This document shows, in pieces, positions 37,833 through 46,735 of a DNA stretch of 64,000 nucleotides (positions are counted from its first letter, which is position 1; every line of letters begins with the position of its first letter). The notes beneath the pieces were generated by a model. That model saw only the letters and a program-made list of their open reading frames with translations, did not search any database and had not been told where the DNA came from. The translations under genes were made by a program, and so were the position numbers. Origin of the DNA: a virus (taxonomy: Duplodnaviria; Heunggongvirae; Uroviricota; Caudoviricetes); the IMG/VR virus record IMGVR_UViG_2639762822_000001, one strand, 5' to 3'.

Positions 37833-38931
37833 TTCCCCGTACCTTGCTTTGTAGCTCCAACTGTTTGGAGTACGGCTTGGAACGATAATAGGCTTTGAGG
37901 ATCTGCTCAGGCGTCGCGTCACCCGGGTCGAGACCTTCTTCGCCCAGACAGCCCACTTTGACATTGAGTCCGATGCTGGTGAGACGTTTGGCTGCCGACA
38001 TGGTGTTGCGGATCGCTTGCTTTTCGCTGTCCCACATCATGATGACGTTGCGTAATCCACGCGCCTTGAGCGTCAGGAACGCGCCCAACTGATCTTCAGC
38101 ATCCTCATTCATATTTCCGGATAAGTGCATCCCGAACGTGCCAATTGGTTCCACGTAATCCCGCAGCGTCTCTTCGTCGAAAATGGCACGCTTCACGCCC
38201 ATTACGTCAAATGCCCCTTCACACACAACGACCGTTTGTTTTCCGACTGCGTTGTGGCCGTTGTAGAGAAACTTACCTGACGCCGGCAACTGCATTGGGA
38301 AGAGATAACGGCGTTCTGCTGTGCCGGTGACATCACGCCCCTGGAATGTCTTCATGACACCATCCAGATCGTAAACCGGTATGAGAATGCGCATGTCAAA
38401 CACCTGCCCCTTCACTTGGTCGGTGTAGGGATCGACATATGCGTGCTTGCCTTTCACGCAATAACGAAGGTCAAAGTATCTGGCCATTTCCGGCGTTATG
38501 AGACGCTTAACGAGATAATCAGGAAGTCGCCCATCGATAGGCAGTTCATAGTGGCGAGGAAGAGCAACTGGTCCCTCAAGCTCAACACCACTGGATAACA
38601 CCACTTCTTCTTTCTTCGGCGCCCACCCCTGCGAGATTAAGGCATTCTGAACGTATGCCTCGAAATCTCGACGTGATTTGCCACTGTAGTGCTTGAGAAA
38701 AACCAGCTTGTTAAACTGAATCTCTTCGGGGTGATCGCCCGCAAAACATTTACCTACGCCATGAGAGAGGTTGAAATACACTTTCCAGTTTGAGCTGCCG
38801 CATACTGGACACTCTTTGATGTTAATTTCTCGCCCGCGCGTACTCACTCCGCCGCGACGATAGATAATGCCTTCAGTATCGAGCCATTGTTCAAAATCCA
38901 GCTCGGTCAGTAACTCTTTCAGGTCGCTCAC
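37816..38931 (-). CDS. DNA primase (DnaG-like zinc-binding domain plus TOPRIM)
   Basis: CPVCGSSNW...CFAGDH zinc ribbon; TOPRIM VVVCEGAFDVMGV; GTG start. Confidence 0.85.
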   Translation of the reverse strand: MSDLKELLTELDFEQWLDTEGIIYRRGGVSTRGREINIKECPVCGSSNWKVYFNLSHGVGKCFAGDHPEEIQFNKLVFLKHYSGKSRRDFEAYVQNALISQGWAPKKEEVVLSSGVELEGPVALPRHYELPIDGRLPDYLVKRLITPEMARYFDLRYCVKGKHAYVDPYTDQVKGQVFDMRILIPVYDLDGVMKTFQGRDVTGTAERRYLFPMQLPASGKFLYNGHNAVGKQTVVVCEGAFDVMGVKRAIFDEETLRDYVEPIGTFGMHLSGNMNEDAEDQLGAFLTLKARGLRNVIMMWDSEKQAIRNTMSAAKRLTSIGLNVKVGCLGEEGLDPGDATPEQILKAYYRSKPYSKQLELQSKVRGIKALI

Positions 38932-39081
38932 GTTTAAACCTACTTTTTTCAGGCAATATTTTGATTACTCTCGGTTTTTAGTTACCATAGAGGCTCATGT
39001 GTTTTTCTTTTGTGGTTTTGGCAAAAGAAAACTTAAATCTCTGATGGATTAAGGCGTGGAGAGACTTTCCACGCCTGTTTT

Positions 39082-40422
39082 TTATAAAACATCCATGATT
39101 CTTTCGATAAACCGCATTTGTTCCAGGTTCTGCTTGACACGGATGCTCACCCCGCCCTTCTGGTTACGTGAACCAGCAAAGTAGAGTCTTGCCTCGCCTT
39201 TTGCTTCTTCCTCTTCCGTTTTGTTGATAGTGATGACCAAGTCAGCGATACGCACCTTCTCGATGTTGTCTGCCGCGTGCATCATGGTCGCCACTTCCGA
39301 TGCCCCACCTTCCCTGTTGGTCTGGGATGCGGTGATGCCGGCAACGTTGTGCTTGTCGTACAGCGCACGAAGATCGGTGTAAATGCTTCGTATGTTTGCC
39401 CGGTCATCACGGAGGTCGTAGCTCGGCCGCATCAGATCGGCATAATCGACAACCACCATATCCGGGATCATGCCATTTGCCTTCATGCCGCCCAGCATAC
39501 GGTCAAGATCTGCAGGCGATACGCTTCCGGATGGCCGCTCAACAATCCACAAGCTCCCAACCCCTTTCGTCGCCCCCAACTCCGCCAGTTTGCGATGGAC
39601 GTCGTCGCGGCGCTCCACCAGCTTGGACATTTCCGTCTCCGACAGACGGGCGTCAAAACGGTCTGACAGAATAGACGTGTGTACTTCCAGCGAAAGATAC
39701 AGGACGTTGTAACCGGCAAGCGTGGCGTTGACAGAGAACTCACCCATCGCCGTCGATTTACCAGACTTCGCGAAGCCCATGAACAGCACCATTTCACGCT
39801 TGGCCCAGCCTTTCTGGTAAAGCAGTTTATCGAGCAGGGGGAGGCCCGTAGTGATGCTGTTTGGCACGTAATCATCGGATGCCTCGTACTCACGCGACTT
39901 GTAACGCTCTGCTGACTCAGAGAAGTAATCGTAGATACCGGTCGCTTCGTTAGAGCCGATTTGCTGGACTTTGGCCATGATTGCCATCGCGCCCTGGAAA
40001 TCGCCCTTCTCCTTCATCTCAGCCGCTTTGATTAGCGCGTCGTCGAACGCCACGCTTTTGGCGAACGTCGCGACCTGGTCGACCATGTAAGCCGTGTCTG
40101 ACAGCTTCTCAGCGAGAATCCGCTTAAACGCCTCAACAACATCGGGGAACAGCTCTTCGCGGATCGTCTTATCGCGTTTGGCGCGTTTGAGCATGTCGAG
40201 GATGGCCGACGACGAAGGTGCGCTTTTGTACATTCTGTAATAGCCAGACACCATATTCACCAGCAGGGCATTGGCCGCGTTGGAGAACTGGTTAGGTGCA
40301 ACCAAATCGCCTGCACGAGTCAGAAACTCATGGTCGCGACAGAAATAGGCTGCGAGCCGGTTCTGGAAGTCGTCATCGAACTCTTCTGACAACCCTCGTC
40401 CTGTATGGCAAAGTTCGGTCAT
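39082..40422 (-). CDS. dnaB: replicative DNA helicase (DnaB/gp41-like)
   Basis: Walker A GFAKSGKST and Walker B MVVVDYADLM in a RecA-like C-terminal domain; start context AAAGGAAAGCACATG. Confidence 0.85.
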   Translation of the reverse strand: MTELCHTGRGLSEEFDDDFQNRLAAYFCRDHEFLTRAGDLVAPNQFSNAANALLVNMVSGYYRMYKSAPSSSAILDMLKRAKRDKTIREELFPDVVEAFKRILAEKLSDTAYMVDQVATFAKSVAFDDALIKAAEMKEKGDFQGAMAIMAKVQQIGSNEATGIYDYFSESAERYKSREYEASDDYVPNSITTGLPLLDKLLYQKGWAKREMVLFMGFAKSGKSTAMGEFSVNATLAGYNVLYLSLEVHTSILSDRFDARLSETEMSKLVERRDDVHRKLAELGATKGVGSLWIVERPSGSVSPADLDRMLGGMKANGMIPDMVVVDYADLMRPSYDLRDDRANIRSIYTDLRALYDKHNVAGITASQTNREGGASEVATMMHAADNIEKVRIADLVITINKTEEEEAKGEARLYFAGSRNQKGGVSIRVKQNLEQMRFIERIMDVL

Positions 40423-40484
40423 GTGCTTTCCTTTGGTTCTTAAACAAATTGTTTTCTAATGCTATAAAAAAGCCAGATAGGGGA

Positions 40485-41222
40485 TCAACAGAAACGCCGC
40501 GCTTCTTCCAGTTCTTCCGGAAAGTGGGCGTAGATAACTCGCTCAGGCACAACTTCCATGAGCCAGATGGCAGAAAAAATTATGCGTATGCGCTTATCCC
40601 GGGTGATGCCACGTAAACGCTCCAGAACCCACTCAAAATAGCTTTCCTGAATCGGGTCGTGCTGCATGTCTCCCAAATGCTTAAAACTCACCAGAGAGTC
40701 ATCCAGACGGGTTACAGCGCGTTTAGCTAACTTCTCTTCGAATATCTCGATTAGCTCTGGCTGCCAGAGATGTTGTGGGCGAGGTAATTTGTCCCACAAC
40801 CGACGTGCAGCAGCGGAGAGAACGGTGGAGATGAAGTAGTCATAAGAGCAGCAATAACGATCTGCGAACTGTCTGGCTTTCCAGAGAGAGGTCTTATTGG
40901 CAGTGGATAGCTCCTGATATGGCAAACGCTTCAGGCCAGTTGTAAACGGTGCTGTCTCGAAGTGTTCACGTCCATGCGACAGCATGATGTAGGAGTACTG
41001 CCGCTTGTATGCTTCGGTGAACAGACATGTCGCCATTAGCGGGTGCATATCCCGGTAGTCGAACCACTTAGAGTCATACAACTGGGCCTCATCCTTACAG
41101 CGAGAAAGACCGATGTTTTCGGCCACCCACTTGTCCATGACAGCGGTGTCCCACTCCTTCATGAAGGCGTACTGGTCGTTGTCGATAGTGTTGAAGAAAA
41201 TTTGGCTCATGTGATCCGCCAC
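40485..41222 (-). CDS. hypothetical protein
   Basis: 245-aa ORF, GTG or internal ATG start. Confidence 0.45.
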   Translation of the reverse strand: MADHMSQIFFNTIDNDQYAFMKEWDTAVMDKWVAENIGLSRCKDEAQLYDSKWFDYRDMHPLMATCLFTEAYKRQYSYIMLSHGREHFETAPFTTGLKRLPYQELSTANKTSLWKARQFADRYCCSYDYFISTVLSAAARRLWDKLPRPQHLWQPELIEIFEEKLAKRAVTRLDDSLVSFKHLGDMQHDPIQESYFEWVLERLRGITRDKRIRIIFSAIWLMEVVPERVIYAHFPEELEEARRFC

Positions 41223-41415
41223 AGTAGGTAGTTACTTACTTATCAAAGTGAGCGAATCATAACGACTGGTGACAGCTTTTGGAAGTGGCAACTGGAGGGA
41301 ATGTGTCTGGGAAGTCGGCATAGGAACAGACCTGCTTCCGTATAAATAATAATAAGTAACTTAGTAGTTATATACAGAAGCAGGTTCTCAGTGCCCCCAG
41401 ATCATCTTAGAAGCT

Positions 41416-42579
41416 CTATCGATACTCAGGAAACCAACCCTTAACTATATGTCTAAGTGCGACTTGAGATATTTCAAATACCTGTCGAGACACCAAGGCG
41501 CCATCTGGATGGCGCTGGTCAGAAATGTCATTCGCTATATCATAAAAATTATGCGTTATTTCAGGAGAAGAGAAGACACTCTTATCCAAAGGCACGGTTG
41601 CATAAGGGTTGTAATATACATGCAGGCCATCGAAGTGTGTTTCTGTGTAATCCCTAGAGTGGCACATCACGATATCCGCACCAACAACCTCATTGTTGTA
41701 AAATTGCCGTTTGGTGGTCACATAATGTTCGTTTGAAAGTTTTGTCGTATGTGAACCTTCATTCTTCATGCCTTCAGAGGCTATAAAATCATTCAGTTCA
41801 AGGGCGCGGAATCTTGTATATCGCACATATCGGTCCACACCACTTTGGACGACGGCCTTGCCATAAGTTCCAGTTGTTGAAAATATGACAGCACTGATTT
41901 CCTTGTAGGAGTCATTTGTAAAAATACCTAAAGGTAATTCCGTATCTTCATTTTTTTTAATTGATAATACTTTTCTCTGCTTACCATCAACGATGTCTCT
42001 CATCGTTGGTTCTTCGATTCCGAACAACACTCGATTAATAATCGTATTATTTTGGCTTAACGATAGGTCTGAATCAAATGGGGCCAATGCCAAAACAAAC
42101 GGTTTTCCAGCCACATGTTCCATTGTTCCATAAGGAAACTTCTTGCCGTTAACACCGGTAAAAAGATCATGCTTATCTTTAATCTTTCCGAGAAGTTTTA
42201 AAGTTGATTGATGTTTAAACCTCGCTTCGCTGAAAACTTCACTGGCAGGTGGTTTATGAGGTTTGTCAGAGACCATCGCCTCTACAGTAAATTGATAACC
42301 TGATGGTGTGGTAACACAAAAGTCAGGACGGTCTTTTGTATAGTCTATCGAATAACCTAGGCGAATAAACATCTCATTAAGATACAATTCCCACATAGCA
42401 GAGTTAAAGGTAGTCTGGAACTCGTTCACAAATTTAGCTTGCTCGCCAGTGCGTTCTAACAACCCGCGTCCCCATGATTGAATGACTTCCCTAACAGGAG
42501 CAAGCTTGGGGTCTTTATAGATTGCTTTAAAACTTACATGTAATTTATTTTTCGCTATTTTTGTTGAGAATAAATCCAT
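41416..42579 (-). CDS. AT-rich orphan gene of unknown function
   Basis: 387 aa; markedly lower GC; preceded by about 200 bp of noncoding sequence. Confidence 0.45.
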   Translation of the reverse strand: MDLFSTKIAKNKLHVSFKAIYKDPKLAPVREVIQSWGRGLLERTGEQAKFVNEFQTTFNSAMWELYLNEMFIRLGYSIDYTKDRPDFCVTTPSGYQFTVEAMVSDKPHKPPASEVFSEARFKHQSTLKLLGKIKDKHDLFTGVNGKKFPYGTMEHVAGKPFVLALAPFDSDLSLSQNNTIINRVLFGIEEPTMRDIVDGKQRKVLSIKKNEDTELPLGIFTNDSYKEISAVIFSTTGTYGKAVVQSGVDRYVRYTRFRALELNDFIASEGMKNEGSHTTKLSNEHYVTTKRQFYNNEVVGADIVMCHSRDYTETHFDGLHVYYNPYATVPLDKSVFSSPEITHNFYDIANDISDQRHPDGALVSRQVFEISQVALRHIVKGWFPEYR

Positions 42580-42756
42580 TATTTCCCTCTCTAGTCAACT
42601 CAATTAAACACCCTGACATCATGAAATAACATCCAAAGCCAGAATTATTAAAGCATTGTTTTCATCAATTCATAACCGTCAGCAACTGTAGCCAGTTTCC
42701 AATACTGGATATGTGGATTTTATTTAGCCAATTGTCGAGCATTTGGCTTCCTGTAA

Positions 42757-42775
42757 AGAGAGGCGCATAAGCGCC
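42757..42775 (-). terminator. putative terminator after the partition operon
   Basis: GAGGCGC-ATAA-GCGCCTC hairpin. Confidence 0.4.
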
Positions 42776-42784
42776 TCAAGACAT

Positions 42785-43144
42785 TTAACCTTTCTTCATC
42801 AACTCACGCTTGATTTCATCAGTGCGCATCGTGACATCAGCAGCGGTGATCGCCTCGTTCAGTTTCACAATGTCTTCGATTTCCTGCGGCGACTTCTCTG
42901 CCAGATGGAAAATGGCGGCACGAATCACGTCAGAACGGGTGAACTTCTCAAAGCGAGGGATGAATTTCATCATCTCCAGTAGATCGAAGTATTCGTCCTC
43001 CAGCGACATGGTACGGCTCTTTATTTTCTCTTTCCCACGAGTCGGGCGACCCTGTGGTCTGACTGGCTGGCGCAATGGCGTGCTGTTTTTGGCCGGAGCA
43101 TCCGGTTCTTTGCGCTTAGCAAGGTCTCCCATCTTCATGGACAT
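42785..43144 (-). CDS. parG: ParG-like ribbon-helix-helix centromere-binding partition protein
   Basis: Small basic protein directly after the small ParA; C-terminal SDVIRAAIFHLAEKSPQEIEDIV is RHH-like. Confidence 0.45.
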   Translation of the reverse strand: MSMKMGDLAKRKEPDAPAKNSTPLRQPVRPQGRPTRGKEKIKSRTMSLEDEYFDLLEMMKFIPRFEKFTRSDVIRAAIFHLAEKSPQEIEDIVKLNEAITAADVTMRTDEIKRELMKKG

Positions 43145-43809
43145 TACTCTTCCTCCAGACTCAAGATATAATCAACAAACTGTTCAAACTCGGCTTCTGC
43201 CTTCTTGTCGCGTTCGGCGCCAGTCATTTCAAAGATAGAGCGACCAGCCTCTTCTGCATCATCGTAAACGTTACGGTTGTACAAATTGACCGGTGCAGCT
43301 TCGATACCAAAGGTCTCAACGATTTCTTTGGCGGCCAGAATACGCGACACCTGAGAAGGTAGTGACGGGCACTGGTTGATAACGGCACGTATTTTCACCT
43401 TCTCATTCACATTGCGTACATTGTCGATAATCGGGTCGATGTCGCGCAGCGATTTCAGATCACGACGTTTAGGGCGCAGCGGTATGACGATAACATCAGC
43501 CATCAGCATAGCTTGTCGCTGGATTTCGGAGTCGAAGCCCCCTGCATCTACAACCACGTAGTCGACACGCCCTTGGAGCGATTTAAGGTGCTTAACGATG
43601 TCGTCCTGAACATAAGCGAAGGGGATAAGCTCTAGGTCTTCATTCTGGCGACGATCTTCGCACCAGCTTGTTGTGGTGCGCTGGATGTCGATATCGGTAA
43701 CTTGGGTTTTCTTCTTCTTTTTCACTTTGAGGCATACCGCAATCTGCTGGGCAACTGTTGATTTGCCCGGGCCGCCCTTTGTGCCGCCAACCACAATGAT
43801 CTTGGTCAT
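43144..43809 (-). CDS. parA: ParA/MinD-family partition ATPase (small, type Ib)
   Basis: Deviant Walker A KIIVVGGTKGGPGKST; 221 aa; AAGGGAAC ribosome-binding site. Confidence 0.8.
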   Translation of the reverse strand: MTKIIVVGGTKGGPGKSTVAQQIAVCLKVKKKKKTQVTDIDIQRTTTSWCEDRRQNEDLELIPFAYVQDDIVKHLKSLQGRVDYVVVDAGGFDSEIQRQAMLMADVIVIPLRPKRRDLKSLRDIDPIIDNVRNVNEKVKIRAVINQCPSLPSQVSRILAAKEIVETFGIEAAPVNLYNRNVYDDAEEAGRSIFEMTGAERDKKAEAEFEQFVDYILSLEEE

Positions 43810-43995
43810 TGGATAGTTCCCTTTGCGTGAATTATTGTCGTTTGAAACAACTTGTTTTCTTGTATGCGATATAGCCTAAATGTCTACGGCTGCGGTGTAA
43901 AGTGTTTAGCGCAGGCTTTTTTATCAGATCAGTTAGGCATAAAATGTTGGAGAATGTGGACACAAATCACTGAACAGATGTTTTATAAGGATCAT

Positions 43996-45195
43996 ATGAC
44001 GCAGATTAACCCTAAAAAAAGAGAAAGCATCAAGAATACAATAACTAATATTTTCAACAACACCATACTTAACAAATACACAGCCTCATTCAAGAGTCCG
44101 GATTATGTTAATTTTGAAAAACTAGCAAAAGAAATTTCCAAAAATAATGACTTTCAGATGGATCAAATCTCATCGATGTTTCTTTATTTGGACGCAACCG
44201 CGTATTACAATAAATTCATAAAGCCAACTCAAGAGCCGACAACTGATCTTGAAAAATTAGACGCAGAGGAAAAAAATAATTTCATAGATTTCATATGTGA
44301 GTTTTACTTAAAGTATCCATTCCCATACACTATTAAAATACCTTTAAATCATTTGGAATTACCTAGTTATAGTGATGGAGAGACAATTAACATTTCTTAT
44401 ACTAAGCTTGCTACTGCTACTCGTGGCTTTGGTAGTTTAGGGGCATCGAATATTGCTAAAACCAATGTCGTGATACCTGCGATTGGCTATTATAGCGTTT
44501 ATGAAAAAGAATACTTCATTAAAGAAACCACGTTATCATTAAATGTATTGATTTACGCCCTCCGTGAAAATGAAATTATTAAAAGGAATCGTAATAAATC
44601 GATACAAAACGCTATGCACTGGTCGCCCATATTCGAAAAAAGGCACCAAATCATCGATCATACTGCCATAATTGTAAACGACTATTATCCTGCTGAGGAA
44701 GACGAGTATTCTTTCCCAATACCATACGCTAAATTTCTGAGTGAGTTAGAAATGTGCGATGATATGGCAAATCAAACTTTTCAGGAAAAAGCGTTAGAAA
44801 CAATCAAAGAAACGAGTATGTTACTGGACAATGAATCAGTTGAAGCTAAAAATATAGTCTCAGCAATCGACTGGTGTGTCCAATCAGAGATTAACCTCGA
44901 CATTACAATGGGTTTTATACAGACCTGCATGGGCTTAGAAGCTCTTCTTGGCGATAATAGCAATGAAGCTGGCCTAACATTAACACTTACCGACCGATGT
45001 GCCTACTTAATCGGAAAAGGCATGACTGAGCGCTCAGAAATTAAGAAAGACTTTAAAGCAATTTACCAGCTTCGTTCAAAGTTGGTACATGGAAGAGTGA
45101 ATAAAATCAGTCCAAAAGATCGAGTGTTGTGTGGGAAGGCAACAAAATATTTAAAACGAGCTATTCAAAAAGAATTAACTCACCTTTTTGAATAG
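43996..45195 (+). CDS. AT-rich orphan gene encoding a protein with C-terminal HEPN-like Rx4HG motif (Abi-like candidate)
   Basis: ORF opens at 43852; the ATG at 43996 with an AAGGAT ribosome-binding site is the more likely start; C-terminal AIYQLRSKLVHG fits the HEPN Rx4-6H motif; about 33% GC. Confidence 0.45.
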   Translation: MTQINPKKRESIKNTITNIFNNTILNKYTASFKSPDYVNFEKLAKEISKNNDFQMDQISSMFLYLDATAYYNKFIKPTQEPTTDLEKLDAEEKNNFIDFICEFYLKYPFPYTIKIPLNHLELPSYSDGETINISYTKLATATRGFGSLGASNIAKTNVVIPAIGYYSVYEKEYFIKETTLSLNVLIYALRENEIIKRNRNKSIQNAMHWSPIFEKRHQIIDHTAIIVNDYYPAEEDEYSFPIPYAKFLSELEMCDDMANQTFQEKALETIKETSMLLDNESVEAKNIVSAIDWCVQSEINLDITMGFIQTCMGLEALLGDNSNEAGLTLTLTDRCAYLIGKGMTERSEIKKDFKAIYQLRSKLVHGRVNKISPKDRVLCGKATKYLKRAIQKELTHLFE

Positions 45196-45196
45196 C

Positions 45197-45232
45197 GGAT
45201 GAGCGCAAAGCGCTCATCCGTGTTTATTGTTC
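45197..45232 (+). terminator. rho-independent terminator
   Basis: GGATGAGCGC-AAA-GCGCTCATCC followed by GTGTTTATTGTT. Confidence 0.55.
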
Positions 45233-45444
45233 CAGTGGCATAACCGCTCTCCCATCGTGTTGTGGAAGAGAATTTCGCGCTCTGTCTCTTCTGTCATATA
45301 GTCGTTGCGGCTAACATAAATGGGATTAGCCCCGTCACAGAACAACACACCGGCAGTTTGCGGTTTAATCACGCATCCACTTATCGCTAAGCTCGCGATG
45401 AATGGCAGAAGCATCCTTAGCCCTGACTTCATTAATCGTTTCAT
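45214..45444 (-). CDS. o-spanin-like outer-membrane lipoprotein (Rz1-like)
   Basis: Signal peptide with lipobox ISGC; 76 aa; its start lies inside the i-spanin candidate (overlapped architecture). Confidence 0.5.
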   Translation of the reverse strand: MKRLMKSGLRMLLPFIASLAISGCVIKPQTAGVLFCDGANPIYVSRNDYMTEETEREILFHNTMGERLCHWNNKHG

Positions 45445-45616
45445 TTTTCACATCCACTGTGTTCTGAAGCCGTTTTCTGTCGTCTTGCCGCGCCTTTTCT
45501 TCCATTGCTTGCCGCGCCGCACGACCGCCCATCGTATACGCGCCTACAAGCACTAAAAGAACGGCAGCCGCGGTAACCAGAGCAATCTTTAGCTTCGAAA
45601 ATAGGCTGCCGAACAT
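45365..45616 (-). CDS. i-spanin-like protein (Rz-like)
   Basis: Start at the internal ATG (MFGSLFSKLKIALVTAAAVLLVLVGAY); N-terminal TM then a charged coiled-coil region. Confidence 0.45.
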   Translation of the reverse strand: MFGSLFSKLKIALVTAAAVLLVLVGAYTMGGRAARQAMEEKARQDDRKRLQNTVDVKNETINEVRAKDASAIHRELSDKWMRD

Positions 45617-45617
45617 A

Positions 45618-46310
45618 TCAGACGATTCCTTTCTGATGCTTTCTAACCTGCGACCAGGCAATGAAGCCGGCCACGACGATAGTTGCGATCCCGAAGACGA
45701 TGCGGATTGTGTCACCGCTGGTAATGTGGCCCTGTGCCTTGTCCATTGCCACCGATACCTGTGGCATAACATCGGCCAGCTGCGCCAGGCCAATACCTGC
45801 CGTAACGGTCGCACCGGCAGTCTCTTTGGTAACGGGAACAGCTTTTACAGTCTTTATCGGTTTGACGATGCCGGCACGTCGCAGACCTTCTTCGATAAGT
45901 TCGGATGCGTACCAGGTATTTGGTGTTTTCAGCGGACCTCGACCATTTTCGTGTCTGATGATCGCCTCTACCAGCGGTCTTAGGGTCTCGTAGTCATGTA
46001 AATCGATGACCATGTCCGGCGTGACACCAACAGCTTTGGCCACCTCATTCACATAAGCCAAAGTGTTGTTCTCATGCGGAGGCGCCCAGCGCTCAATAAC
46101 TTCGCGGATCGTGTCGATGCTTGAGCCGTCTTTGGCTCGACGTTTGTCATGGTAGGTGATGAGCGTAACTGCCAATGCCCGAATCCCCCATACGGGATCT
46201 TTGAAAGTGCAGAAGCGCGGTTCTGAAGGGTTGTCGACTAAGCCCTGCCACGGAGAACCTTTATCAAGATTGCCAGGGTTGTTGTTGCGAATACCTCTTG
46301 GAGTTTTCAT
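45618..46310 (-). CDS. putative endolysin/peptidoglycan hydrolase with C-terminal TM segment
   Basis: N-terminal GIRNNNPGNL-type motif; position immediately upstream of the spanins; C-terminal hydrophobic helix. Confidence 0.4.
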   Translation of the reverse strand: MKTPRGIRNNNPGNLDKGSPWQGLVDNPSEPRFCTFKDPVWGIRALAVTLITYHDKRRAKDGSSIDTIREVIERWAPPHENNTLAYVNEVAKAVGVTPDMVIDLHDYETLRPLVEAIIRHENGRGPLKTPNTWYASELIEEGLRRAGIVKPIKTVKAVPVTKETAGATVTAGIGLAQLADVMPQVSVAMDKAQGHITSGDTIRIVFGIATIVVAGFIAWSQVRKHQKGIV

Positions 46311-46321
46311 CCTTGATCTCC

Positions 46322-46657
46322 TTATTGCAGTCCATTTTTAACGCCGTAAGCGGCCAGCCCCAACAGCAGTACGGTAATCAGGAACGACGTAATCTTTGAG
46401 ACAATGCCGCCAAAAAACCCGCTGGAAATGGAGTCGAGCCGATTAAGAAGTTTGTCCAGATTTGAATGCTGGATGCTGTGTTGTGCCGGGGTCATATCGC
46501 CAAAGTAGGTCTTGAGCTGATCGTTAACTTCCTGACCAATCTCCTCGCGCAGTTCTTTGCCCAATTTGCCGACTACCTCGCGGGCGACAATCGCGGCAAT
46601 GCGCTCTACCTGCTCTGGCGTTACGCCTGCCATCTCGTTCGACATTATTTCCTCCAT
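46322..46657 (-). CDS. small protein with C-terminal TM helix (holin-like role possible)
   Basis: 111 aa; C-terminal ITSFLITVLLLGLAAYGV. Confidence 0.3.
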   Translation of the reverse strand: MEEIMSNEMAGVTPEQVERIAAIVAREVVGKLGKELREEIGQEVNDQLKTYFGDMTPAQHSIQHSNLDKLLNRLDSISSGFFGGIVSKITSFLITVLLLGLAAYGVKNGLQ

Positions 46658-46735
46658 GAAAAGTCAAATCGGGATGGCAGGTTTATAACACATTATCAAA
46701 TATTTTTATAGGTAAGCACTTACTTATTATCAAAT

